Source of the DNA: Camelus dromedarius | Taxonomy: Eukaryota | Length of the DNA: 64,000 bases | Assembly: GCF_036321535.1 (NCBI RefSeq) | Contig: NC_087454.1 | Location: forward strand, 27,156,001-27,220,000 | Reading direction: 5' to 3' | Shown here: in pieces, positions 48,971 through 62,115 of the stretch | How the letters are laid out: each line of letters begins with the position of its first letter | Position numbering within the stretch: the first letter of the stretch is position 1 | Translations under genes and position numbers: made by a program | Notes under the pieces: model-generated | What the model was told of the DNA's origin: nothing | Seen by the model: only the letters and a program-made list of their open reading frames with translations | The model's database searches: none

Positions 48971-51900
48971 AATTTACCTGGTTTATCTTTGGATAAGCGT
49001 CTAACTTCTTTGGCCTATTAAGTTGGGGTGGCATTCTAAAGGGCAGTAGTTTTTAGACTCCGTATCTTCAGCCTTCGACACTCAAAAAGTTTTATCGTAG
49101 TAATATTTTTCACACTAAAATANNNNNNNNNNNNNNNNNNNNNNNNNNNNNNNNNNNNNNNNNNNNNNNNNNNNNNNNNNNNNNNNNNNNNNNNNNNNNN
49201 NNNNNNNNNNNNNNNNNNNNNNNNNNNNNNNNNNNNNNNNNNNNNNNNNNNNNNNNNNNCAAGGAGGTCTACTTATGGAAGCACAAGGTTGCCCTGTGGC
49301 CTGGCTGAATCTTGGTCTACATGTAGGGTTTATGGTGTAGGGGGGTCCCAGGGACATGAGGTTCCTCTATAAATGAGTTGTAGGTCTGGTTCTGATTCAT
49401 TTAGAACTAGCAGGCTGAATTTAACAGATAATGCCAATAAGAGTAGCTTAAACAAAATAATAGTTTGTTATCTCTTACAAAAAAGTTCAGAGATTAGGCA
49501 CCTCAGGCTGGTAGGGTAGTTTTACATCATCAGGGACTTTGGTTTCTTCTCTCTGCCCTATTATCCTAGTTCATGGCCTCCAAATTCTATCATCTTGTGG
49601 CCATAGTGACTGCTGGAGCTCCAGCCATCACATTTGTGTTCTAGGCAGCCAGAAAGTTTTTCCTATATACTTCCTTAGCTTCAGTGGGTCTTCATCTCTT
49701 CCCTGGGGATGGCAGGACTTGGTGTTCCTACCCCAGTGGCTTGAGGCTCTTGTACCATAGAGGATAAGGGTCTGCTTTCCCACTCCCTTGCTCCAGGTCC
49801 TCACCACGAAGGGAGAGATTCACTGCCTTCCGTCTTTCTCATAAGCTCCTGGAAAAGAGGTTGCAAGTGGGTATGAACACTTCTTTTGTGTCTTGGGATC
49901 CTGGAGTTCTACACTGTCATGCTAGCCTGCACGTGACCTTTGATAACTTGTTAAAATCTTAGCTGATCTGCTCTGACCCACATGTCCGGTACTGTGCATC
50001 TCTTCTTTCTGTTCTATGGACGGCTGAGCAGGTGACCCCGTCTCAAATCTACGTGGAGTGGCCTGTCCTCCCTTGGATTTTAGGTTATTTGGTTGCCTTG
50101 TAACTTCAACTCTCTTGTAGGAAAAGTTATGACTTTGTAGTTTACCTGGTTTTTCCTTCTTGTTCAGACGGGAGCAGTTCTCGCTTGAGCGCTCTACCTC
50201 TTAGGCATAACTAAACTTGAGAGGCAATATGTGAAGATGTAATGGCTGAGAATCTTCCAGAGCTGTGAAAAGTCATCCAGTCACAGACACAAGTCATCAT
50301 AAACCAAGCAACGTAAACAAAAAGAAATCCTCACTGCGGCATATTGTCGAGAAACTGCAGAAGACAAAACAGAGAGGAAGCAGCCATCGCCTATGAAGGA
50401 CTTTAAACAGCAGGCTTCCCATCTTCAGCAGTGCAAACCAGGAGGCACTGGGATCGTGTCATCAAAATGCTTAGGAAGGATAATGGTTACACTGAAATGT
50501 ATGCCTAATGAAACGCTCCATAGTGACAGCTGTCTGTGTTAAGATTGGGTTCAGCTCTAAAGAACAGACAAACTCCAAATGATGGTGCTTAACACAGCTC
50601 AGAGGTTTATCTCCATCTCGTGTAAAACCCAGCCGTGTCGTCTAAAAGGTGGGTGAGGGCTGTGTTGCACGATGTTCTCAGGTCTCTGGTTTCCTCCGGC
50701 TCCGTATGTTTCCATTGCCAGATGTGGTTCTTATACTCATGGTCCAAGGCAACATTCCCAAGTCAAAGTGCCTTTTCTTTAGAGAAAATTATGGTCATAG
50801 AAGATGGAAGTTGTCTTTTTGTAAAATAAAAATTTGGCCTTATGTCAGCATGTAAACATACTTTGTGAAATGCTGTTGATCTGAGGCATCCACATTTCTG
50901 AGAGCTGTGGTTCAATGTCTAGAGGGACGACCTGGCCTTGAACGTACATCCCGCTGGTGGTGGGAGTAGGACAAGGACCTCTACTCTCCTCTTTAGGCCA
51001 TAGTGCGTCTGAAAGGATATCAAAGCAGTTGTTGCCTGCTCGTCCTCCCAGGCTTGGAGTCAGTACTTCAGCCATCATCACTACTGTCATCCCTCTAAAC
51101 TCATGCAAAGCCTTCCCCAGTGCTCCTAACTGCTCTGCTCCATATTTCAGTTGTCTGGAAAGTCCTCAGCACAGGCCAAAGGAACTCCCACTGCTCCCAG
51201 CATGGAGGGCTGACTGCCCAGGACTTCCCGAGGCTCCCACCATCAGATTCATTCTGGGACGAAGGTCAGGAATGCCTTTAAACATTGTCATGACTGGTGT
51301 TCTCAGGGGGCATCTCTGGACGGTGGGCAAGCACCCTGAAAACACGGGAGACAGTGACAAGAGTTCTGGGAGGACAGTGCGGTGGCTGGTCACAGAAAGA
51401 TAGATTTCCTCTCACTGTCTCTGCTCCTGGACCTGAGCTGAAAGATGGGGAAAGAGGCAGAATAGGAGTGAGAAATGCCAGGAAATAGGGACAGAGACAG
51501 AGGAAAGGTGCAGGCTTGGTGGGGACTGAGGGGCTCAAGGGACAGAGTCAGGGAATGGATTCATTCCACGTTCCGAACTTTCTCCTCCTCATTTCTCCTC
51601 TGGTCATGCAGAAATAAAAGAGAACATCCTGGCATTGCCTCCAGTTCAGTCTGGACCTCATGGTCCAAGAGCATCTCCATCCTGGAAGCCCAGGATGCAT
51701 ACTCGCTCCCCTCCCATGTATGTTTACTGGGAGGCCCCCGCCAATGAGCCACACAGCTCCCAGGAAGGGGAAGACCTTGACCTTCTGTGTGTAAAGAACA
51801 CCGCCTAACACCTGTGGTGCATTCCTCGCCCAGACCGAGGGGCCTCAGTCCGACCTCCTCTCCTCCAGGGTCTCCCTCTACTGTCACTGGCCCCATAAAT

Positions 51901-52149
51901 CTGCCAGTCACTCCAGCTGCTGCTCCAGGTTTTCTCCCTCACCTCCCACATCCTGTTTCTGCCAAGACCAGTCAATTCTATCTTAACCCAATGCTCCTGC
52001 ATCTCCTGCCACTTCCCTGCTCCCATCTCCCAGGACTCCCATGTCAGCTCTCACCAGACCACTGCCAGAGCCTTCAGAAGCTGATCTTGCTTCACATCTT
52101 GTCTGCTCCAGGTCTCAGACTGCTCTTCCTGGAGCACATCTCTTTGCAT

Positions 52150-53640
52150 AACTTAGTTTTTTGAAACCATTCATGGTTCAGAGAGGTCAATAAGAAAAAG
52201 GCCAATAGCCTAATGAAAATGCACAAAGATCGTGAATCAGCAGGTCACAGAAAAAAGCAATGCAAATAGTCCAGCTACATTCAAAAAGACCATCACCCTT
52301 CCTTACAGTTTGTGAAAAGGTGCAAACCAAAACAGCAACAAAATATAATCTGGACCCATCAGATTGACAAGAACTGAAAAGATCAGTAACTTCGATCCAG
52401 CATTAGCATGAGCGTAGGCACCCTAGTTAGTGTACTGCTGATTGTGGAATCCAAGTTCAACCTCAGCGGTCCGAGTGCAACCTTGAAGAGGACACTTTTG
52501 ACAGCATCGGTAGAAATGCGTGTACCCATCACCCCAGCAATTCCGCCGCTAGAAATCTGCCTATAGATGTGCCACAAAATTACCACTATATGTACAAGGA
52601 AGTTGATTGTGGTGCTGTTGGTAAGATCCCTTCTAAACTTTCACAATCATTAGGGAAGTGGTCAAATAAATTGTAATAAAACACCCTGCTGCTCTTAGAA
52701 AGACTGCATGGACTCTCAGTATGTAGAGAAAGAACAATCTTCAAGATCAAGTTCCAATTAAAAAAAAGGTGCAGGACTGTATTCGTTACATGGAGCCTTT
52801 TGTGTAAAAAAAAAAAAAAAAACTTAAAGATGGAAATATGTGCTCTTATAAATATATAACATTTTCTGGAAGGATTCATAAAGATCAGTTAATGTTGGTT
52901 ATCTTTGAGGAGAGAAACTGGGGGTGAAGGAAGGACAAGAACGATTTTTACTTTTAATTTTGTACTTCTAAACTGCTTGCAATTTTTTGTTACTATGTGC
53001 ATGTATTTTTTAATAGACTTTATTTTTAAGGTTCACAATGAAATTTGGAATAAGACACAGACAGTTCCCTTTGCCCCCACCCCCTACATGCACAGCCTCC
53101 CTCACTATCAATATCCCTCACCAGAGTGGTACGTGCGTTACAACCAACGAACCCACAGTGATACATCATAACCACCCAAAGTCCATGGTTTACATTAGAA
53201 TCCACTCTTGGTGTTGTACGCTCTGTGGGTTTGGACAAATGTGTAATGGCATGCAGCTACTGTTACAGTGTCACACACAATAGTTTCACTGCTCTAAAAA
53301 TCTCTAGGCTCCCTCCCTCCCCGCCTAACCCCTGGCAACCCCTGATCGTTTTTACTGNNNNNNNNNNNNNNNNNNNNNNNNNNNNNNNNNNNNNNNNNNN
53401 NNNNNNNNNNNNNNNNNNNNNNNNNNNNNNNNNNNNNNNNNNNNNNNNNNNNNNNNNNNNNNNNNNNNNNNNNNNNNNNNNNNNNNNNNNNNNNNNNNNN
53501 NNNNNNNNNNNNNNNNNNNNNNNNNNNNNNNNNNNNNNNNNNNTTATTTATCACCTACCCAAGGACATCTTGGTTGCGTCCAAGTTTTGGCAATTATAAA
53601 TAAAGCTGCTATAAGCATCCATGTGGAGGTTTTTGTACAA
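52150..53640. mobile_element. Two old L1 fragments (plus 52150-52900, minus 52980-53640), gap-interrupted
   Basis: L1 3' motifs in both orientations; boundaries approximate. Confidence 0.6.
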
Positions 53641-56600
53641 AAAACTGAACAGAGAGTGGGGAAAGGGACCCCTCTCTGTGCCCTTTTGGGAACAAAGGAA
53701 ATTCAGAGGAAACAGGGATCATCTAGGGAGCCAGGAATAAAACAGAAAACCTGTTTAAAAGAGACATTCATAGACCCAAAATAGCCCTTGAAAATTTAAA
53801 AATATATATCATAGCAGAAATTTAATTTCCAAGAAAGAATTAGAAAATAAAGTTGAAGAGACCTCCCAGATAATAAGAATAAGAGAGAAGGAGAGAGGGA
53901 GGTAGAGAGAATGAGCTCAGCAGAGAAACAGGAGAGAAAAAGTAAGTCAACTAGTCCACGAGGTTAGTATTTGAATAAAAGGAGTTCTAGAAAGAGAGAA
54001 CAGAAATGGGGAATCATCCCTGATTTAAATGAAGAAATTCTACCATGAATTTCTAGATTGAAAAATTTACTCACTGCACTGAACAAATGGGTGGGAACAG
54101 ACACACTCTGAGCCTCACCCCTATGGCGCTCTGGGGTGCTGGGAGCTCAGAGAAGGCAACGTGACGGCAACAGGACACAGGTCACCACACTTATCCTAAT
54201 GGCTTCAGACCGTGCAACAGTGGTGGAAGCTCAAAGGTAACAGAGCAATGCCTGCAGGATTCTGAGGACAAATGGTTTTCAACTCAAAAGATTGTGTCAG
54301 TCAAACTACCGGTGTCAAAATAAAAGAGAGGCATTTTTGCATGTAAAAGATCTCAGAATGTATTTTCCACTTCGCCTTTCTCAGGTAGTTGCTGAAGGAT
54401 GTGCTTCACTCATGCAAAGTAAACAAAGATACAAGAAACAGGAAAAGGAGAATGGCATGGGGGAGACGCAGGGAAGCCCCCGGATCGTGGAAAAGAGAGA
54501 CCCCAAATGATGGCTGTGGACCAGGTATGGAGGGCAGTGAGTTCACACTGGGGCAACAGGAGTTGCAGGAGTGAGTTTTTAGGACATCAATCAGCAGCAT
54601 CCCCAGTGGGTTGGAATGTCTTAGGAGGACATTCGGACAGATGGCCAAGAATTTGGGGCTGAATTATATCAGAACATGAAAAGTTAAAAATTTAAGAAGA
54701 CGATTTAGATTTCAGTTAAAACCAATTATTATACAGGAAAGGAAAGAATAATGGTTGACGACATGGGAGAAAACTGCACAAAGAGCGAGCCAAAGCTTCT
54801 TGAGTTTGCCTGGAATTCACACTAACCACCGGGCTTCTGTCACCCAACAGAGCTGAGTGAAATGACCAGCTGTCCCCGCGAGGGAATCCGGGCTCCACAG
54901 ACTGCGCACACTGCACCCCAGAATATGGTCCACATTCTGTGACCATAGTGAAATTAAATTAGAGATAAGTGACCAAAATAGAACTAAAAGTAAATATTTG
55001 AAAAATTAAAACCGCATTGCAAAGTAATACACAGTTAAAATTTGCAGAGGAACAGGCAGCCGGAGTGCTTTCCTCTTGCCTGGGAGTGGTGCATATCGTA
55101 CAATAAGATACCTGACCCTGGAAATGTGAGCGCCTTCCCTTCAAATTCAGGAGCAAGACAGGCACAACCATTATCACCTCTTCCTGTCGGCAATGCCTTA
55201 AGGCCAGAAAAAAGGAAGTCAGCCATAAGGATGCGAAGCAAGTGATAGAACTAACGTTTCCAGTGATGTGATAATCTATGTAGACGTTCCAAATGTATAT
55301 ACAATAAATGACTAGAGATATAATAGGAGAAATTATCAAGGCACCAAATAGAAGATCAAACTATAAAACTCAATTACATTTCTATGCACAGTGACAAACG
55401 TTGTTTTGTTTATCTTTAAAACAGAATTAAAGGCAGCTGTTACTGATTAACTCTATATTTGTAAACCCAGCTTGCTCGTTTGTCATTTTGTTTTTTCACT
55501 TTTTACCTCAGTGAACTGAAGTAAAATTTCAATCTCGAGTTTAAAGAAAGGTACCTGGGTTCTTCCGTATGAAAACTCTTTGGGCTGTCTTTACAAAATG
55601 AGGACACTTTAATGAGGCATAAAATTACTGAATCATAATATATTTCCCCCATTCTCGAGAAGGAATAATTTGTTATCTTCTAGCATTTAGTGCAGCAGCA
55701 GTAAACTCTGAAACCAAGATTTTTTAAATTAAGTCCTTTGGAAGTAACCTTTTCTTCCCTCCAACATTGATGCTTGTAGAATTTTTTTTCTTAGTTATCA
55801 CAGAAAAAATTTTTTTTGCTAGATATGCCTACAGGTATGTGGTTGACGTGACTACTATTCAGCATTATTTAGTTTATTTTTATTTCTATCTAGACGAATT
55901 TGGGAGAATCATAATTCTTAGCTCTCCTGAAATTGGGCAAGGCCATATTATTGTTTTGTCCAAAGAACTGTAAATGGAAGTGTCACTTCCTGATTATTTA
56001 CCCCTCTGGCACTTGAAACCCCTCCCCACCCTCAAGGGAATGGCTCCAGTTGATGGCTTAATGTGTTTGAATGTCTGAGATGAAATTTACACTTTGGATA
56101 GAGAGTTGAGAAATGAATTAGTGCTAAATACTTGGCAAATAAAACAAATGACAAATATGGCAATGACAGGGGAAAATTAAAGAATTATATTGAAAAGAAA
56201 AAATATCACAGTACATTCATTCCATGGCTAGGCTATAAAAAATATTTACAGGGTCAGAAAATGTAAAATCTGAATATCTATCTTTTATGACAGTTGTGAT
56301 TTGACAGTACTGTGTGGGTTTAGGGACAGAGGAAGTGGGGTGGATGGAAACGTGATGTGCTAAATGATTCAATCCTCACCTTCATTAACAGGAGATTAAT
56401 GGATAATATGTAAAACTGGAAAATCAACAAATGGCAGTATAAGCTTTATTTTTCCTCTCCCCAAAATACAGAGGTAAATATCAGAATAAATAGATAAAAG
56501 ACTGGAAGTGGATTCCTTCCAGGGAATGGAAGCTGGGACTCAGAATGGTGGAGGAGTTTTTTGTTATTTTGAGTCTTGTGTATTTATCTTTTTAAACAGA

Positions 56601-57974
56601 AAAGCAATCAGCACACACATCAAATTACTTAGAAAAATTTTTAGAATTGCTGCTTCACAAGCTAGGTGCGTCTGTTTTCCTTTTTCTGTTTTTTAAAAAA
56701 AATGTTCATTGCAGCTTTATTCACAACAGCCAAAAATTAGAAACAGCTCAAATGTCCATCAATAGTTGAATGGATGAATAAATTACTTTTTCTGCCTTTT
56801 CATTCATCACCAGATTGCCCTCCAGGAAGAGGCTATCAATTACGTCCTTCCAGCAGCTCCCCAGAATTCCCTTTTCCCGACACTTCTCAAGCACAGAAGA
56901 TGATTATCATTTATTTTAATCTTCTTTGAATGAATGGGCCAAGCGTGGGGTCTCACTTCATTTCTCATTTCATTATCAGCCATTTTGAATACATGTTTGT
57001 ACATATTGTTTGTTCTTTATTCTTTAATAAGTTACTTGTCCATATCCTTAGCCCTTTTAAAAATGGCAATGTTTGCCTGATTCTTATTTATTTAAAAGAA
57101 AAAGACATTTAGGTACCAAAGCCATTAACCCCTTTGTCTGGCATATAGGATGGGAATATCTTCCCTTCATTGCCGTATACTTTTAAAACGCATGCCAATT
57201 TTGAAAATATCAAACACTACATTTTGTATATGGTATGAACTAAGGATATTCCCTTTAACTGGAAAAAGGGGAACCAAAGCTGACAGCAATGGACAGTGGT
57301 GACCTGGGTGACCTGATGGAGAAACACGAGGCCCTGGAGGGAGGGAGAGGTGCAGGGAAGGGGAGGATGCCAGCCAGTTGGGTTTGGTCCCATTGAGGGG
57401 AGCTGGGTGGGAGGGGCAGCCTAGATGCTCAAGGAGAGTCTCGCAGGTGGTGGACCCATGATTTGGGCATGGAGTTGGAGAAAGCAGTCTGGTGGTTGGT
57501 CCTCAGCTCTGGAGGAAGAGGCGCCACCATAGCAGTGGGTCACGTGCTGGGTGGCCTCTTCCAGAGACACAGGAGTGCCTTGTCCTCAGAGGCCCCAGAC
57601 CTCAGTGGTCATGGAGGAGCAAGAGGAGGTGGGAGGACCCCCGGCTCAGCGGGGAGTGAGCTCCATGGGCCCTGGGGCCTTGGCCAGGCTCGGGGCAGAC
57701 GACACCACTGCCCCCACTATATTGGTACACAGCCCTGAGAAGTGAGGAGGAGGAATTCAGAACATGAAGTTCCTTCACTGACTGTTCCACACCTTCTCTT
57801 CCATCCAGCCCTCTTCCCGGACCTCGGCCCCTAGCTCTTTTCAGTCCTTGAAATCTCTCCTTCCCACTGGAGTCAGTGTGGGAGGAAGCAGGGAACAGGT
57901 GGGATCTGGGGTGAGGGCAGCTGGGGAAGGGGGTGACACTCCAGAAACCCCCCTGCCCTCAGCAAAGAGCTCAC

Positions 57975-58308
57975 CTGGGGACACCAGCAGGTGGATTTTC
58001 TTGTACAGAATGGTGCCACCTTTGGAATTCTTGGCTGCACGCCAATAGTTTCCTGAATCCACCTCTTTGAGTTCTGCCATGGAGATATTTGTGAACCCAG
58101 AGTCAGATCGTGTACAGAGAGTCCTGGGCCAATGTCCTGGGCTTGGAAATGGAGACTAAGCACTTATACTTTGATGATTTCCTCCTACACCAGATTTTGG
58201 CTTTATATGAATTTCCTTCTTTGTTTGAGTACCTGCAGCTCTCGGAGAGCATCTGCCCCACCTTCCTGTGCCAAAGCTCCTCCATCTTTTGTCTTTGTAT
58301 CCAGGAAC
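57975..58308 (-). pseudogene. psiC exon 2: broken TREM/TREML4-like Ig V-set exon, 334 nt
   Basis: GSWIQRQKMEELWHRKVGQMLSESCRY...AKIWCRR...YTI* (TGA 58105-58103), then a new frame SGFTNISMAELKEVDSGNYWR...IHLLVSP|gtgag; second Ig Cys is Arg. Confidence 0.88.
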
Positions 58309-58470
58309 CTGCAGAAGTCCTCAGGTCAGGCTGAGCGTTGGGACATGCCCTCACTCTAAACCTGACCCCACGTGGCCCTCCAGCCCTAGCGCCACACCTG
58401 CTCACCTGATTTCCCCACTCTGGTCACACCTGTCCTTCCCTCCCTGTGCCCCTCCAACCTGTTCCCTCAC

Positions 58471-58569
58471 CTGAGGCCAGCAGAACCAGCAGGACCAACA
58501 GCAGGACCAGCAGCAGGACCAGCAGGACCAGCAGCAGGACCAGCAGCAGTGTGAGGCTTCCAGAGACAT
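58471..58569 (-). pseudogene. psiC exon 1: frameshifted leader with tandem-repeat-expanded Leu/Val tract, 99 nt
   Basis: ATG TCT CTG GAA GCC TCA CAC ... ends CTGCTGGCCTCAG|gtgagg like psiA; phase 0, so the ATG frame is out of register with the (LLV)n-LLASG signal frame. Confidence 0.8.
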
Positions 58570-61542
58570 GGTGCCTTCTCCCTGGACTGGGGTGTGTAGG
58601 GTCAAGTATGATGTGACTGCCCAGATGCCCCAACACATCGAGGGCTAAGACTGAGAAAAGAAAGGCCTTAATTGGGTGAGTTTGAGGCCTGCAGGGCAGG
58701 TTCTGTGGGCAGTAGGGAGGGGAGGGTCCTCTAGGGGAGTCTCCAGCTGCTGAGAGCACCTCTGCCCTGCAGGGGCAGCCCTGGTACTGTGGCTGCCTTC
58801 CCGATCCACCTGCCCACCAGCACCCCCCCCCAACACATACTTCCTCTCTTCTCTCCACACTCCCTTTTTCCCTACTCCTGGCTTTCCTCCTACCCTCAAC
58901 ACCCTACTAAAAGGACAGGTTCAAGGCTGGTTAGGGCTCAGGGGGCCTGACCAGCCCCTAAGCCCCTCTAGTCTCCAGGCCTGGAGGGTGCCTGGTAGTT
59001 GAAATGATGCAGTCATACCTCACGCCCTGGCTATCTCTGTTCCTGAGAATGAGTCTCATGGTGATTTTCAGATATCATGAGTCTGGATTTGTCATGACAA
59101 GTAAGAAGCATAGTAAAGCATTCCCAGGCCACCCAACCCCCCAGATCAATTCTCCAACTTATCACCGCTATAACCCACCCCAAGATGTAGGACACAATAT
59201 TACACACCACAATACTAACTACTGTATGATTTAATTGTTAAGAGTCTACTTAGTGGTTCGGGCTGTGGGCAGTAGCAGAGGCTCTATGCGGTGCTGGATA
59301 CAAATTACACCTCCCTTCCACACGGTAGTGAGCACTGACTGTGGTAGGAAAAAACATGGAACAATGTGTTAAAGCTGCTAAGGATTTTGTCCACGTTAGA
59401 CTGGGTTGGTCGTGCCCCCAGGAAACACAGTGGGAACCCCAGAATCCCCACCCATCCCCTTGGAGAACATCCGAGCCCCACGCCTCTGACAGGACTTCTG
59501 GCTGCATCCTGCCCTGACAGTGTGAGAGTGGCTCCTTCCCCCACCTCCTGAGGACACTTCTGCAGGAGCCCCAGATCCCACCACATGCCCGGTCCCTCTT
59601 GCAAAACTTCAAACTGTGCCAGGGGCTGTTGTGAACACCTGGGAGCAGGGCCAGGCTCACCCGAAGCCCAGGCTCCCCTCACTCCAGCTCCCATACCTGG
59701 AGCTCCAGGTCCCAGCTGCCAGAGGAGAGCCAGGATCCAGACGGTTCCGGCAGAGTCCTCCGCTGGGGTGCCTGAGTCCCCCATTATCTGCGGACAGTGC
59801 TCTCCCCACTCATACTGGTGGGGAGGCTGCAGTCCAGAGAAAGGGGCAGATCCCACCCTGAGAGAGCTTCCTGTTTTGGGAAGCGAGGACCCACGCTGAC
59901 ACAGCAGAGATCAGCTCGGAGATGACCACAGGTTGGAGGAACACAGAGACAGGGGATCATGGACAGAGTGACCTCGAGGCTGCGGAAGGTGGTGTCCCTG
60001 CCGAGTGGTTCCAGTGGCCAGACAAGGGGAAAATCAGCGTGGGAAAGGGTTGCTACACACCCCGACACACGGTGACACACCTTTATGCCAGCTAGGCCAC
60101 CTTCCTCTCCTCAGGAGGCTGCCTCTCCCATGTGGTATGTAATTAGGTTCAGAGAGGAGGCTCTGAGCTCAGCTGAGGGCCAGGACACCCCCTCCCCACC
60201 CCAGAGCTGCCTCTGCCTGTGCCATGCAATCATTTCCTGTCCTGTCCATGGGTCAGACTTCAGCTGAAGGTGGCCGGAAGTCAGGGGCCTGGTCTGGTTA
60301 CACCACTACCTCACCGACCCACTTTGAGCAGGTCACTGGCGTTTCTGGGCCTCAGATATGAGAAAGAAAAGCAATACTACCCTCACAAACCCGTTGTGGC
60401 GATTACAGGAGAGGGCCCGGGAACACATTTTGTAAACTAGCATTGTGCGAGAGGGCGGTTGGCGTTGTTCCCAGGCTTTCTTCTGGTTCTAAAGCTCCAT
60501 CCTGCTTTCCCACCTGTGGACCCTCGGGTACTCACAGCCGATGTCCCCACTGTGTTCTCCTTTTGTCTGTCTCTTTGCCCTTATCCTCAGTCTCTGCTCA
60601 CTGCACCGAGGCAGAGTGGGGAGCAGGGAAGTAGGAGTCAAGGGGGCGGAGCAAAGCAGTGGACTTAGAATCAATTCCCCTTGATGGATTCAAATTCCCG
60701 TGTCAATCATTGATTCTTTACACGGAGCTCCCAGGGCAGGGGTTGGACTGCAGAGCCACCAGTGGCCACAACTGGAATTACACCTCCACATAGTGCTGGC
60801 GGATGGTCCGAATCCATCTCTCTCTTTCTCTAATTTCTTACTCTTTGTAAATTGCATCTTTTTAAAATTAAATCTTAAAAGTGCTAACATTCTTGAAAGA
60901 AATATGTTAGGCCCTTTCATCTCTTTATGTATTAGTTACACAAATGTTTCTAATATCCGCAGGTGGACAGTTACGGGTGCAGAGATGATGCCGGGTCCAG
61001 GCTCCTCTGCTCCCCTCTCTCCCCACCCATGACCACTGACCCACCAGGCAGGCCCAACTGATCAGCCTGGGGACCAGTGGGGCTTCTGGCTCCTGCTCAG
61101 ACCCCTAAGTGCTCCTGAGCCTGTCACCCACCTTTGGCATGGCTTTCCCCGGAGAGGAAGGCAGAGCCAGGGTGCTGGGAAGAAGAGGCAGTACACAAAG
61201 AGAGGAAGAAGAGAAAGCATGGGCGCCTGACCACAGCTTCCTCCTGGCCTGCTCAGCTCCTCCCCCAGGGGCAGGTCACAGTGGGGAAGGGGCAGCCGGG
61301 CACAGAGGAGAGGAACCGCTTCTTCATGGACTCGGGACTGCGGGCCGAGCAGGGCTGCATCCTCCGGGTCCGGAGTCCCAGCTGCAGCTAGAGAGCCCCA
61401 CTTCCCCATAGAATCTGGCCTCACCGGTCTCCCCCTCCCCCACCCAGGCCAGGCCTTTCTCATTTTGTCCATCACAGAGGTGCTGGAAGAGCCAAGGAGA
61501 ATTGGGCCATCTTTTGTTTCCGTCTCCCGGGTGCCCCCCGCC

Positions 61543-61630
61543 ATGTCCTTTCCCGCCGGCACACTGAGCAGGGTCCCTGTGGCCTGGAGAGCCCCACTCC
61601 CACTGCTGCTGCTGCTGCTGCCATTCCCAG
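61543..61630 (+). CDS. NCR2: NCR2 (NKp44) exon 1; ancestral start position reads GTG (61579), upstream in-frame ATG at 61543
   Basis: MSFPAGTLSRVP-VAWRAPLPLLLLLLPFP-G|gtgagg; from 61579 it matches human MAWRALHPLLLLLLLFPG. The actual start codon is uncertain. Confidence 0.8.
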
Positions 61631-61773
61631 GTGAGGAGGGAGGGAGGGATGAGCACAGGGAGGGGAGGGTGTGACTCAGGGTCAGAGGGGGCGCCGAGCA
61701 AGTGGCTCTGTGGCCAGGGTGCTGGGGGTCAAGCCCACCCTGGCATGGCCCTGACTGGCAGCCTCTTCTCCAG

Positions 61774-62115
61774 GCTCGTGGGCACTCCCAGGGGCTCAGC
61801 ACCTCCAAAGCGTGGCAGGGCAGACCCTCTCCGTGAGGTGCCAGTACCCGCCCAAGAGCTGGCCCTACGAGAAGAAAGGCTGGTGTAAGGAGGTGTCTCC
61901 ACTCAAGTGCATGAGGCTGGTCACTAGCTCCAGTCCCCACACACTGGTTCAGGCCTCTCGGTTCTCAATCTGGGACAACCCGGATGAAGGCTTCTTCATC
62001 GTCACCATGACTGGTCTGAGGGAGGAAGACTCGGGACACTACTGGTGTCGAAACTACCACGCTTCCAGCCACTCTGTCTCCAAGTCCTTAAAGTTCTATC
62101 TGGCTGTGTCTCCAG
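61774..62115 (+). CDS. NCR2: NCR2 exon 2 (Ig V-set), 342 nt, open; later exons not found in the window
   Basis: LQSVAGQTLSVRCQYPPKSWPYEKKGWCKEVSPLKCMRLVTSS...REEDSGHYWCRNY...KFYLAVSP; four Ig cysteines; acceptor tctccag|, donor |gtgagc. Confidence 0.95.

Noticed and set aside
51240-51330. Plus-strand IVMTGVLRGHLW, resembling NCR2 IVTMTGLREEDSGHYW
   Set aside because: Needs several gaps, lacks the cysteine, and has no flanking Ig sequence or splice sites.
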